Assembly (NCBI GenBank): GCA_031269595.1
Contig: JAISYX010000030.1
Location: 1-23,053 of the forward strand
Length of the DNA: 23,053 nt
Direction of reading: 5' to 3'
Source: Oscillospiraceae bacterium
GTDB lineage: Bacteria; Bacillota; Clostridia; Oscillospirales; Acutalibacteraceae
The notes under the pieces were generated by a model. The model was not told where the DNA came from. It worked only from the letters and a program-made list of their open reading frames with translations, and did not search any database. This document shows, in pieces, positions 6,452 to 15,243 of the stretch (positions are counted from its first letter, which is position 1; every line of letters begins with the position of its first letter). Both the position numbers and the translations under genes were made by a program.

Positions 6452-7012
6452 GTGACGGTTTTGCCCGGTACGATGTACCAAATAGACGAAAAAGAAATTA
6501 CATCAGCCTTTTCGCTCATTAGGCCAATCTTTGCAATGACAGGGGGTATAACTCTCTCTCAGCTAAGGGAACTAACGGGGCTGGAGGGCTCTACAATTCA
6601 AAATTGGGTTAAGCGGGGGTGGATAGCCACCACCACAGGAAAGAAGTATAATGAGCACCACTTGGCACGTATACTTATAATAAACCTGCTGCGGGGCTCG
6701 TTGCGCATGGAGGATATAGTTAAGCTTATGGCATATGTTAACGGCGACGTCCAGAGCCAAGAGGACGACATTATTGACGATAGCGAGCTGTATGACAGGC
6801 TTTGCGGAGTCATATTTAATTTGGAAAAAGACGGCACATATTCCCAAGACCGCATTAGTGAGGCCGTTGAGTTACAAATGGTTGAATACTGCCCCAAATT
6901 TGAGGATTCAGAGGATAGATTGCGCAATGCGCTAAATATTATGGCTCATGCGTATATCTCCTCAGACTTCAGGCAGCGGGCAGAGGCCCTTATTGGGGAG
7001 ATTGAACTGTGA
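6452..7012 (+). CDS. DUF1836 domain protein (putative HTH protein)
   Basis: ITLSQLRELTGLEGSTIQNWVKRGWI and HHLARILIINLLRGSL match DUF1836. AGGAGGTG then 6 nt then GTG 6452. The ORF-track start 6443 lies inside the RBS. Confidence 0.7.
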   Translation: MTVLPGTMYQIDEKEITSAFSLIRPIFAMTGGITLSQLRELTGLEGSTIQNWVKRGWIATTTGKKYNEHHLARILIINLLRGSLRMEDIVKLMAYVNGDVQSQEDDIIDDSELYDRLCGVIFNLEKDGTYSQDRISEAVELQMVEYCPKFEDSEDRLRNALNIMAHAYISSDFRQRAEALIGEIEL

Positions 7013-7034
7013 GAGGTTCTATAGTTAAAAAATA

Positions 7035-7108
7035 CGAAAGGTGGAGACGCAGCATACACTTTTTAATAAATTGTTGGTGTGCGGGCTCTCTGACACATGG
7101 TGTTTGTT
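7035..7108 (+). promoter_or_regulatory. Leader element copy C4 (long form)
   Basis: CGAAAGGTGGAGACGCAGCATACAC-ttttaataaatt-GTTGGTGTGCGGGCTCTCTGACACATGGTGTTTGTTATG. Confidence 0.6.
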
Positions 7109-7783
7109 ATGAGCGGAATTACCGCATGGTGGGAGGGGCTTAGCTCCTTACAACAGGTATTTGTAGCAATGGCAACTCCTGCTACAGTTATACTGTTTTT
7201 ACAAACTATACTGCTACTATTTGGCATGGGACACGGCAACTCAGCCGAGTTTGAGAGTGACACCTCAGGCTTGGGCGACAGTGACGCTCCCGACGGCCAC
7301 GCACTGGAATTTCATGACCACGACGCCTCAGGGCACGAGGATTTTTCCGGCTTGCGCATATTTACTCTTAGGGGCATAATCGCCCTGCTGGCCATTGGCG
7401 GCTGGACAGGCGCAGTTGTGGCAGGGGGCACAGGGAGTGCTTCTTTAAGCATCATCTCCGCTTTAATTGCGGGCATTGCTGCGCTTATACTGGTGGCTCT
7501 GTTCTTTAAGGGGATACTCTCGCTGCAAGAAAACGGCAACACACAAATAAAAACCGCCGTAGGCAAAACCGCCGAGGTTTACCTGCGAGTTCCTGCAAAC
7601 CGCAGCGGTACAGGCAAGGTTAATGTACTGTTAGGCTCTCAATTGGTGGAGGCCGAGGCTCTAACTGATTCTGATAAGGATATTTTCCCACATGAGCAGG
7701 TAAGTATAACGGCGGTAGAGGAGAGAATCCTTATAGTAAAACGCAAATCCATTTTAACAACCAACAAGGAGGAAAACTCGTGA
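7109..7783 (+). CDS. NfeD-like (YuaF-like) membrane protein with a C-terminal OB-fold
   Basis: TM segments plus a C-terminal KTAEVYLRVPANRSGTGKVNVLLGSQLVEAEA beta-barrel, and position before a flotillin gene. Alternative start ATG 7097 gives MVFVM, but that prefix comes from the leader element. Confidence 0.65.
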   Translation: MSGITAWWEGLSSLQQVFVAMATPATVILFLQTILLLFGMGHGNSAEFESDTSGLGDSDAPDGHALEFHDHDASGHEDFSGLRIFTLRGIIALLAIGGWTGAVVAGGTGSASLSIISALIAGIAALILVALFFKGILSLQENGNTQIKTAVGKTAEVYLRVPANRSGTGKVNVLLGSQLVEAEALTDSDKDIFPHEQVSITAVEERILIVKRKSILTTNKEENS

Positions 7784-8487
7784 ACAACAACCAGCAATAT
7801 GACAACATGGGCTATCCTGTAGAGATAGTCAGCAAAACCCGCACAAACGCCCTGCTGGGCAAATCCTTTTTATTTATGCTTATAGGCCTGCTTTTAACAG
7901 GCGTGGTAGCTTTGTTTACGGCATATTCGGGCGCAGTTATTACAATTCTAAGCAATCCCCTTTACTTTTACGGCATGATGATTGTTCAGCTCGGAGTTGT
8001 CTGGACTTTATCTCTAGCCTTTAAGAAGCTATCTTACCATGCGGCGGGTGCACTATTCTTTGTTTATGCCATTTTAAGCGGCGTCACGCTATCTATTATC
8101 TTTTTGGCCTATGAGCTGTATTCAATAATCTATATCTTTTTTGCAGCGGCGGCTATGTTTGGTGCATTGGCTGTTGTGGGCTACAAAACCAAAAAGGATT
8201 TAATCGGCTGGCGGCCTGTTATACAGGTTGGCTTGATAGTTAGCATAATAGTTAGCCTTATAAACATATTTATACTGCACCTTAGTATGCTTGATGTCTT
8301 GCTGGATGTGGTAATTCTGGGGCTATTCTGCGCCGCAACTATTTATGATATTAACAAGATAAAAAAGGCTCAGCGTTATGCAAACATCCCGCAGGATAAG
8401 CTTGCCGTTTACTTTGCCTTGGATTTATATCTGGACTTTATCAACATCTTTTTGCGCTTGCTCTCACTGCTTGGCAAAAGAAGATAG
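7780..8487 (+). CDS. Bax inhibitor-1 / YccA family 7-TM protein (FtsH modulator family)
   Basis: 7 TM segments and a C-terminus DFINIFLRLLSLLGKRR like YccA YNIFVSLLSILGF. GTG start overlaps the NfeD stop (GTGA). Confidence 0.7.
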   Translation: MNNNQQYDNMGYPVEIVSKTRTNALLGKSFLFMLIGLLLTGVVALFTAYSGAVITILSNPLYFYGMMIVQLGVVWTLSLAFKKLSYHAAGALFFVYAILSGVTLSIIFLAYELYSIIYIFFAAAAMFGALAVVGYKTKKDLIGWRPVIQVGLIVSIIVSLINIFILHLSMLDVLLDVVILGLFCAATIYDINKIKKAQRYANIPQDKLAVYFALDLYLDFINIFLRLLSLLGKRR

Positions 8488-8533
8488 AGTTAGAAAATTG
8501 CAAATTTAAAATGACAAATGGCAAATGAAGGTT

Positions 8534-8550
8534 AATTTGCTTCGCAAATT
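8534..8550 (+). repeat. Solo AATTTGC-ttc-GCAAATT hairpin preceded by caaat-type tandem repeats
   Basis: Same palindrome that caps the family-1 MITE copies. Confidence 0.5.
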
Positions 8551-8580
8551 TAAACAATTAAAAATCAGGAGGAAAATGTT

Positions 8581-9954
8581 ATGCCTATCGAAAACGTTCT
8601 TTTAACAGTGGTTGCTGTTGTATTTGTATTCAGTCTTATTTTGGTGTTTTTAACACGCTACCGCAAATGTCCGTCGGACAAAATCATGGTCATTTATGGC
8701 CGTGTTGGTTCAGATTCAGAGGGCACAACCCGCTCTTCAAGATGTATACACGGCGGTGCATCCTTTATTATCCCTGTTATTCAGGCCTATCAGTACTTAG
8801 ATTTAACCCCTATCTCCATAAATGTGGACTTAACCAATGCACTTTCAAAGCAGAATATCCGTATAGATGTGCCCTCCCGTTTTACCGTTGGTATCTCAAC
8901 CGAGGCCGGCGTTATGCAAAACGCAGCAGAGCGTCTGCTGGGCTTGCGCATGAATGAGATTCAGGAGCTTGCAAAGGATATTATCTTCGGCCAGCTGCGT
9001 CTTGTTATTGCAACCATGGATATTGAAGAGATTAACACCGACAGAGACAAGTTCCTTGAGGCTGTCTCGCACAACGTTGAAAGCGAGCTTAAAAAGATAG
9101 GCCTGCGCCTTATCAACGTTAACGTAACCGATATTACCGATGAATCCGGATACATTGAGGCTCTGGGTAAGGAAGCCGCAGCAAAGGCAATCAACGACGC
9201 TAAAAAGTCTGTTGCCGAAAAGAACAGAGACGGTTCTATAGGTCAGGCAGAGGCGCAGAGAGACGAGCGTATATCTGTTTCAGACGCAAACTCACGTGCC
9301 GTTAACGGCGAAAACGAGGCAAAGGCTGTAATTGCACAGTCAGACGCAACCCGCCGTGAGCGTGAGGCAGAGGCCTCCAGGCGTGCGGTTGCCGCCGAAA
9401 AGACAGCCGAGGCTCAGGCCTTGCAGGAGGCCTATGCAGCTCAGCAGATAGCCGAGCAGGCTCGTGCCGCAAGAGAGCTTGCAACCCAAGAGGCCGATGT
9501 TATCATCAAGGCCGAAATAGCAAAGCGCAAGCTGGAAATTGAAGCAGAGGCCATAGCCGAGCAAAAAAGACGTCAGGCACGAGGCGAGGCAGACGCTATC
9601 TTTGCCACTATGGAGGCTCAGGCAAGAGGTACACAGGAGATACTCACCCGACAGGCCGCAGGCTTGCAGGAGATAGTCAATGCAGCGGGCGGCGCACCTG
9701 AGGACGCAGTGCAGCTGATTCTGGCGGATAAGATTGAAACCTTGGTTAAAACTCAGGTTGAGGCCATTAAGAACATAAAAATTGATAAGGTTACTGTGTG
9801 GGATTCCGGCAACAGCCAAGACGGGAAGAACTCAACCTCCAATTTCTTAAGCGGATTAATGCAGAGCATACCGCCCCTTAGCGATACCTTTAAGCTTGCA
9901 GGCATGAAGGTGCCCTCATATCTGGGCACAGATGTTGCCGAAAAGCAGCACTAA
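8581..9954 (+). CDS. floT: Flotillin (FloT/YuaG-like SPFH domain protein with an Ala/Glu-rich coiled coil)
   Basis: N-terminal TM segment, SPFH domain, then EA-rich repeats (AEAQRDER..., EAEAIAEQKRRQARGEADAI). AGGAGG 8 nt upstream. Confidence 0.85.
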   Translation: MPIENVLLTVVAVVFVFSLILVFLTRYRKCPSDKIMVIYGRVGSDSEGTTRSSRCIHGGASFIIPVIQAYQYLDLTPISINVDLTNALSKQNIRIDVPSRFTVGISTEAGVMQNAAERLLGLRMNEIQELAKDIIFGQLRLVIATMDIEEINTDRDKFLEAVSHNVESELKKIGLRLINVNVTDITDESGYIEALGKEAAAKAINDAKKSVAEKNRDGSIGQAEAQRDERISVSDANSRAVNGENEAKAVIAQSDATRREREAEASRRAVAAEKTAEAQALQEAYAAQQIAEQARAARELATQEADVIIKAEIAKRKLEIEAEAIAEQKRRQARGEADAIFATMEAQARGTQEILTRQAAGLQEIVNAAGGAPEDAVQLILADKIETLVKTQVEAIKNIKIDKVTVWDSGNSQDGKNSTSNFLSGLMQSIPPLSDTFKLAGMKVPSYLGTDVAEKQH

Positions 9955-9980
9955 GCTAACTAACTTTACCTTCCTGAAAA

Positions 9981-10030
9981 GAGCCTTACGGTTAAGCTGT
10001 TACGCTTGCCGTAAGGCTCGAATATTTTAA
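9981..10030. terminator. Bidirectional terminator between convergent floT and pyrF: GAGCCTTACGG-n17-CCGTAAGGCTC then GAATATTTTAAA
   Basis: 11-bp perfect stem with T-rich flanks. Confidence 0.6.
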
Positions 10031-10033
10031 ACT

Positions 10034-10960
10034 CTAATTGCTCTTAGCAAGGGGCGCATTCAGCTCGTCTCTCATGCGAATGGCCTCACGTCTGGCCGCT
10101 GCTGCGTACTCCCTCTCGTCACAGCCCTCTTTTTTATAGGCACACATTATGGCACGGGAGGAATTTACTATTGCACCCAAGCCATTTGCATCAAAGGCAG
10201 GGGCTACATCGGCAGCACCGCCGCCCTGTGCGCCGTACCCGGGCACTAGGAAGAAGGTGTGCGGTAGCTTTGCCCGCAGTTCCTTAAGCTGTGCGGGATA
10301 GGTTGCACCCACTACAGCACCAACGCCGCTGTAGCCATGCTTGCCTATGGAATCCTCTCCCCACTGTTTGCAGTGCTCGCCCATTATTTCATATACAGAT
10401 TTACCCTCTATCAGCTTATCCTGCAACTCCCCTGAGGAGGGGTTTGAGGTTTTAACCAGCACAAATATGCCTTTATCCTTGCCCTTGCATATATCAAGCA
10501 GGGGCTTTATTCCGTCACTGCCCAAATATCCGTTAACCGTGAGGGCATCCCCGCCGAAGGGCTCAAAGCTCAGGTCTTCAACGGCTACCTCGCCCAAGTG
10601 GGCTATGGCGTAGGCCTCCATGGTTGTGCCTATATCGTTGCGCTTGCCGTCTGTTATAACAAACATGCCCTTTTGCCTTGCATATGCAATGGTTTGCTGC
10701 AACACACGCACACCCTGCCAGCCGTACATCTCATAATAGGCCGCCTGAGGCTTGACTGCCGGAACAATATCGCAAAGAGCATCAATTAACCCAATGTTAA
10801 ATTGCAGCAGAGCCTCCGCTGCGCCCTCTAGGCTTTTGCCGTGCTTGGCATAGGCCGCCTCCTTAATAAAGGAGGGAATGAAGTCCAGCTTTGGGTCTAG
10901 CCCCGCAACTGTAGGGTTTTTTGTTTGAATGATTTTTTCTATAAGTCTATCTAATGACAT
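10034..10960 (-). CDS. pyrF: Orotidine 5'-phosphate decarboxylase, type 2 (long form)
   Basis: KNPTVAGLDP, VITDGKRNDIG and about 310 aa length. The start is either ATG 10969 (MVVM, inside the leader element) or ATG 10960. Confidence 0.85.
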   Translation of the reverse strand: MSLDRLIEKIIQTKNPTVAGLDPKLDFIPSFIKEAAYAKHGKSLEGAAEALLQFNIGLIDALCDIVPAVKPQAAYYEMYGWQGVRVLQQTIAYARQKGMFVITDGKRNDIGTTMEAYAIAHLGEVAVEDLSFEPFGGDALTVNGYLGSDGIKPLLDICKGKDKGIFVLVKTSNPSSGELQDKLIEGKSVYEIMGEHCKQWGEDSIGKHGYSGVGAVVGATYPAQLKELRAKLPHTFFLVPGYGAQGGGAADVAPAFDANGLGAIVNSSRAIMCAYKKEGCDEREYAAAARREAIRMRDELNAPLAKSN

Positions 10961-10969
10961 AACCACCAT

Positions 10970-11020
10970 GTGTAGAGCTTAAGAACAACATCAGCTGCTG
11001 CACCTGCGCTCTCTCCCTCG
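10970..11020 (-). promoter_or_regulatory. Leader element copy C5
   Basis: Sense reads CGAGGGAGAGAGCGCAGGTGCAGCAGCTGATGTTGTTCTTAAGCTCTACACATGGTGGTTATG. Confidence 0.5.
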
Positions 11021-11023
11021 TAA

Positions 11024-12124
11024 CTATTTCTTCTTAATTGGAGTGTAATCTGCTGTGTAGATAAATTTGCTCAGCTTATCGGCGTTGGACTTTACATCCA
11101 AAACCAAAACATCCTTGCCGTTAACAGATTTACCCTCATATGTGCCCTCTGCGGGAATTGAAAATTGCTTTATCTCATATCCGGTGAGCACCTGCGCATC
11201 TGCTACAAAGCCGCCTAGCTCCGGCACTGAGAGATTGGTTGATATAGCGGGGAGCATATCGTCCATAAGCCGCTTTAAATCGACCACATTATACTTCTTT
11301 ATCTTTCCTGCAAGCTGCTCTATAACAGCCCTCTGTCTGGCGGTGCGCTGGAAGTCGCTGTCTAACCTTCTCATTCGCACATATTCAAGGGCGTCTGCGC
11401 CGTTAAGCCTATTGCTTCCCTCTGAAAATGCGTGGTGACAGTAGTAGGTCATGTATTCCGCCTGAGCCTTGGTTAGCTTGGCACTTATGCCTCCCATGCG
11501 GTTTATAATCTTTTCAAAGGCTGAAAAATCAATTATAACATAGTTATCTATCTTGATTTTAAAGTTTTCCTCTATAGTTTTTATTGTAAGGCTTATGCCT
11601 CCTACAGAATAGGCGGCGTTAATTCTGTTATCGCCATAGCCTGGGAGGTGCACATAGCAATCTCTTAAAAAGGAGGTCATTTTAATTTGCTTGTTGCGGT
11701 TATCTACAGATACAAGAATCATGGAATCTGAGCGGGGAACGTCTCCCTTTTTTTTCTCATCCTCGCCTATAATAAGGATATTCTGAACATCCTTATCAGA
11801 GCGCAGTGCAGTATCGGGCAATTCAACGGAGGGGAGTGAATCTGTCTCATCCAAGATGGAGCTTTCGGTAGGGTCATGCGGTTCATTCCAAATCTCAGTA
11901 TAATCGCGGAAAACACCAGGATCGTAACGCTTTAAGCCTGCACCTATAGCAAACACAACAGAGCCAAGAGAGATAAAGGCAATAAGCAGCACACTAAGAG
12001 ATGAGAGCACTATCTTGCGGCTGCGCTTAACAGGCCTGCGGTTGTGCTCCATCATGGGCTTGTACTTGCGCCCTCGGGTTAAAAAGTACCATATATTATA
12101 AAAAAATCGGCTAATCTTTTTCAT
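11024..12124 (-). CDS. LytR-CpsA-Psr (LCP) family cell-envelope phosphotransferase
   Basis: N-terminal TM segment and an LIIGEDEKKKGDVPRSDSMILVSVD...NAAYSVGG LCP core. Confidence 0.8.
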   Translation of the reverse strand: MKKISRFFYNIWYFLTRGRKYKPMMEHNRRPVKRSRKIVLSSLSVLLIAFISLGSVVFAIGAGLKRYDPGVFRDYTEIWNEPHDPTESSILDETDSLPSVELPDTALRSDKDVQNILIIGEDEKKKGDVPRSDSMILVSVDNRNKQIKMTSFLRDCYVHLPGYGDNRINAAYSVGGISLTIKTIEENFKIKIDNYVIIDFSAFEKIINRMGGISAKLTKAQAEYMTYYCHHAFSEGSNRLNGADALEYVRMRRLDSDFQRTARQRAVIEQLAGKIKKYNVVDLKRLMDDMLPAISTNLSVPELGGFVADAQVLTGYEIKQFSIPAEGTYEGKSVNGKDVLVLDVKSNADKLSKFIYTADYTPIKKK

Positions 12125-12261
12125 TAGTTTAAGTTATCCTTTCGTATTTTGTAGTAAGACTAAAGTCCTTTTGCGTTGCGAACTAATAATAAGTATATCA
12201 TGGTAATCCCCTTTAAACAAGCGGGGTATTCAAAATTTACAAAATAATAAAAGTTATGCTA

Positions 12262-12855
12262 TTATCTGCTCATACCCTGTTCATCTAAGGTTAGCATATA
12301 TGCGGGTAAAAGCTCCTCTAAAAAGCAGTTAAGCTCTGGCAGGTTAAGCCTTTTAATTGCCTCTAGGGTTGCCTTTTCGGCATTTGCAAACTCCATATTC
12401 CCCGCCTTGCGCTCCTCTATGCATTTAATTAAGGCCGAGAGCTTGTCCGCCGCCTTTACAATGCTGTGCAGCTCCTGATCTTCACGATGCAGGATTAAGG
12501 GCTCATACTCCGGCCGCAAATCCTCAGGCAGCATAGAGAGCAGCCTTGCGCAGGCCGATTCTTCCACCTGCTTATAGGATGAGCGGATTTCCTCATTAAA
12601 ATACTTAACGGGAGTGGGCATATCGCCTGTTAAAATCTCAGAGGCATCATGAAAAATAGCTAGCAGAGCGGCTTGCTCCGCATTTACATTGCCGCCAAAG
12701 CGTTTATTTTTAATAACAGCCAGAGCATGGGCTAAAATGGCGGTATCCAGCGAGTGCTCGCTGAGATTTTCGGAATAAGTATTGCGCATTAAAGCCCATC
12801 TATTAATGAACTTCATGCGGGAGATTATAGCAAAAAAGGGGAAGTGTTCGGCCAA
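12262..12855 (-). CDS. HD-domain 5'-deoxynucleotidase (YfbR-like)
   Basis: RWALMRNTYSENLSEHSLDTAILAHAL...FHDASEILTGDMPTP. AAAGGAG then 8 nt then TTG start. Confidence 0.75.
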   Translation of the reverse strand: MAEHFPFFAIISRMKFINRWALMRNTYSENLSEHSLDTAILAHALAVIKNKRFGGNVNAEQAALLAIFHDASEILTGDMPTPVKYFNEEIRSSYKQVEESACARLLSMLPEDLRPEYEPLILHREDQELHSIVKAADKLSALIKCIEERKAGNMEFANAEKATLEAIKRLNLPELNCFLEELLPAYMLTLDEQGMSR

Positions 12856-12951
12856 GAATTTCAGCTCCTTTGTTTGTGATTATTGATTGCTCTGTCTGTG
12901 GGGATATGCGAGAGCGTTAGGAATGTTGTGTTTCTATCGCCTCGCTGCCGT

Positions 12952-13125
12952 GCGTCATTGCGAGCACCGCTACGCTTGAGTGTATCATAGGGTTACAAGT
13001 GCGAAGCAATCCAGTGGGACTAAGCCCTTGCGGCTTCGATTGAACGTCTAGCCTTGCTCCACTGGATTGCTTCGCACACCAAACATCACTGTTGGTTTAG
13101 CTTGGTTGCGTGCTCGCAATGACGC
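12952..13125. repeat. Nested-palindrome repeat, family 2, copy B (inverted relative to copy A)
   Basis: Same outer and inner stems as 5987-6160. The spacers are reverse complements of copy A. About 80-85% identity. Confidence 0.7.
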
Positions 13126-13206
13126 AGCTTTTATGGCTTCAAAATCATTTAGTGCACCGCTGTAGCTTTGCGGGCGAATGCAATTCGCTCCTACAGTTTT
13201 TAGATG

Positions 13207-14061
13207 TTATTCCAACGTCAAAACAATAATTTCTGCTCTGTTCCACAGGCGCATTATCTTTGCGGGGCCAAGGCCGCTGCTAATAAGCATCTTGCAGCCT
13301 TTATTTTCAAACATACCTGCGTCATACCGTGGAAAAAACAGGAAGTGGGGCGAAAATACGCCCCCAAAAAATGGGATGCGCACTATGCCGCCGTGCACGT
13401 GTCCGCTTAGAGTAAGGGCAGCACCCCACTGGACATAGGCCTCAAATTGGTGAGGGTCGTGAGCTAGCAGCAGTGCGGGATTTTGCGGCTTTTCATTAAG
13501 AGCAAGGAGTATATCCTCGCCTGTTATGTCAAGCAGCCGCCTGTGAAATATATTTGAGGCAGACTTTTCATCCAAGTCTTGAATGTAGCCGTAAATCGGC
13601 AATTCTGCGCCGTTTTTCTTAAATTTTTCGCTGCTATTCAGCAGGCAAACAACGCCTCTCTTTTGCAGCTCACGCTTAAAAGCTTCGCTTATGCTGCGGC
13701 CGTCACCATTGCGCAGGTCGTGGTTGCCCGGGCTGTAGTACACGGGAAATCGGCCTTCAAGGCTATCCAGCAGCTCCATAAAGGAGCGGTAGCTGCGCCT
13801 GTTGGAGTCGTGCATATCCCCGGGACAGGCGATAAAATCGGGATTTTCGGCAGCGATTTTTTCAGCCAGACGCCTGTTGTGCTTGCCAAAGCTCTTTTCG
13901 TGCAAATCACTAAGTGTGACTATTTTAAGCCCCTTAAGCTCCTTAGGCAAGCCCTTAAGGGCGGCGGTGCAGCGGGTTATACGCAAGCAGTTGGCAGAGC
14001 GCAGAGCCTCAAAAACAAGATAAACCGCAAGGAGGATAATTGCTGTTATAATGTATTTCAA
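13207..14061 (-). CDS. Membrane-anchored metallophosphoesterase (YkuE-like)
   Basis: N-terminal TM segment plus LSDLH, GDMHD, GNHD and GHVHGG motifs. The ORF-track TTG 14067 is 2 nt from GGGGGG. The next in-frame TTG at 14061 has 8 nt spacing. Confidence 0.7.
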   Translation of the reverse strand: MKYIITAIILLAVYLVFEALRSANCLRITRCTAALKGLPKELKGLKIVTLSDLHEKSFGKHNRRLAEKIAAENPDFIACPGDMHDSNRRSYRSFMELLDSLEGRFPVYYSPGNHDLRNGDGRSISEAFKRELQKRGVVCLLNSSEKFKKNGAELPIYGYIQDLDEKSASNIFHRRLLDITGEDILLALNEKPQNPALLLAHDPHQFEAYVQWGAALTLSGHVHGGIVRIPFFGGVFSPHFLFFPRYDAGMFENKGCKMLISSGLGPAKIMRLWNRAEIIVLTLE

Positions 14062-14082
14062 ACGCAAAGCCCCCCTTTTTTA

Positions 14083-14445
14083 AATTGAAAATTGAAAGTT
14101 GAAAATTGAAAGTTATGGTGAATTTGCTGCGGCAAATTTAAATTAAAAAAGAATATAATTCCCCTCAACGGAGGGGTGCCCCGAAGGGGCGGGGTGGTTT
14201 ATGCATCCGCAAACGCCCTAAATTAACACCTATTTAAGAGCGAGCACAAAACCAAAAAGCTAATAGGCAAGAACCACGCATCAAAATTCAAAAAAGCAAG
14301 AGCATCCCGCCCGCAGACACAACCCTCGTCTTTCGCCCCGCAGGTGAAAGCCTTCCCCTCCGAAGAGGGGAATTTTAGGTGGCTGGGGCTTGAACCCTTT
14401 TAATCAAAATTTGCGTTAGCAAATCCGCAACTCTTCACTTTTCAC
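14083..14445 (+). repeat. MITE-like repeat, family 1, copy 2
   Basis: Heptamer repeats plus AATTTGCTGCGGCAAATT hairpin at 14121-14138, TIRs, and an AAATTTGCGTTAGCAAAT hairpin at 14407-14424. Confidence 0.75.
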
Positions 14446-15243
14446 TCAATCAAAGTATCCTTCTCTATATAGGTCTATATAATTTTCGCAATATTCATCA
14501 CGGCCAATCAGAGCCTCTGTGGCCAAGACAAGGCACATAAGCTCCTTGTCAAGCGGGTTTAGGATTGCGCTGTCCATCCCTGCTATAATGGCCGCTACAA
14601 GAAAGGCACGGTTGATGTACTTTCGAGCCGGCAGACCATAGGAGATGTTGGAAAGTCCGCAGGTTATGTGAACCTTGGGATATTCAGTGCGTATGGTGCG
14701 TATAACCTCCAGTGAAGAAAGCCCCGCGTCCTCCTCAACCCCTAAGGGGCTGAGCATTGGGTCTATGTAAATATCCTCAAGGGCAAGGCCTTTGCCGCTA
14801 AGCTTTTCAATTAGAGTGCGGGAGAGGCCTATCCTCTCCTCGGCGGTTTGGGGTATCCCGTTGTCGTCCATACACAGGGCAAGTATGCCTGCATTGTACT
14901 TCTTTGCAAGGGCAGACATTTTTTCAAAGCGTTCTGCCTCCAGTGTGGTGGAATTGATAAGGGGCTTAGGGCCTTGATACACCTTTAAGGCCTGAGCCAT
15001 AGCCTCATAGCCAGGGCTGTCTATGCACAGGGGCAGAGTGGTGTTTGCCGCAATAAGCTTGACTAATTGGCTTAGCTTTTCGGCCTCTTCCTCCCCGAAC
15101 ATACCTGCATTTACATCCAAAAAGGCCGCTCCGGCCTTTGCTTGTGCCTGTGCAAGCTCTATAAGCTTAGCCTCATTCCAAGAGGCCATGGCCTCACGCA
15201 CAGAGGGTATAGAGCTGTTTAGCTTTTCACCTATTATTATCAT
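14446..15243 (-). CDS. Pterin-binding domain methyltransferase (MtrH/AcsE-like methyl-THF:corrinoid methyltransferase family)
   Basis: DHPS-like TIM-barrel motifs (IIGEKLNSS, LDVNAG, ITCGLSNISYGLP). Probable real start ATG 15243, 13 nt after the leader-element GTG at 15276. Confidence 0.6.
   Translation of the reverse strand: MIIIGEKLNSSIPSVREAMASWNEAKLIELAQAQAKAGAAFLDVNAGMFGEEEAEKLSQLVKLIAANTTLPLCIDSPGYEAMAQALKVYQGPKPLINSTTLEAERFEKMSALAKKYNAGILALCMDDNGIPQTAEERIGLSRTLIEKLSGKGLALEDIYIDPMLSPLGVEEDAGLSSLEVIRTIRTEYPKVHITCGLSNISYGLPARKYINRAFLVAAIIAGMDSAILNPLDKELMCLVLATEALIGRDEYCENYIDLYREGYFD

Noticed and set aside
7097-7111. MVFVM as a conserved N-terminal signal peptide shared by NfeD and RnfD
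   Set aside because: The identity extends about 60 nt upstream into non-coding DNA. The same nucleotide motif lies out of frame before ffh and the metallophosphoesterase. It is therefore a nucleotide-level element and not a protein motif.
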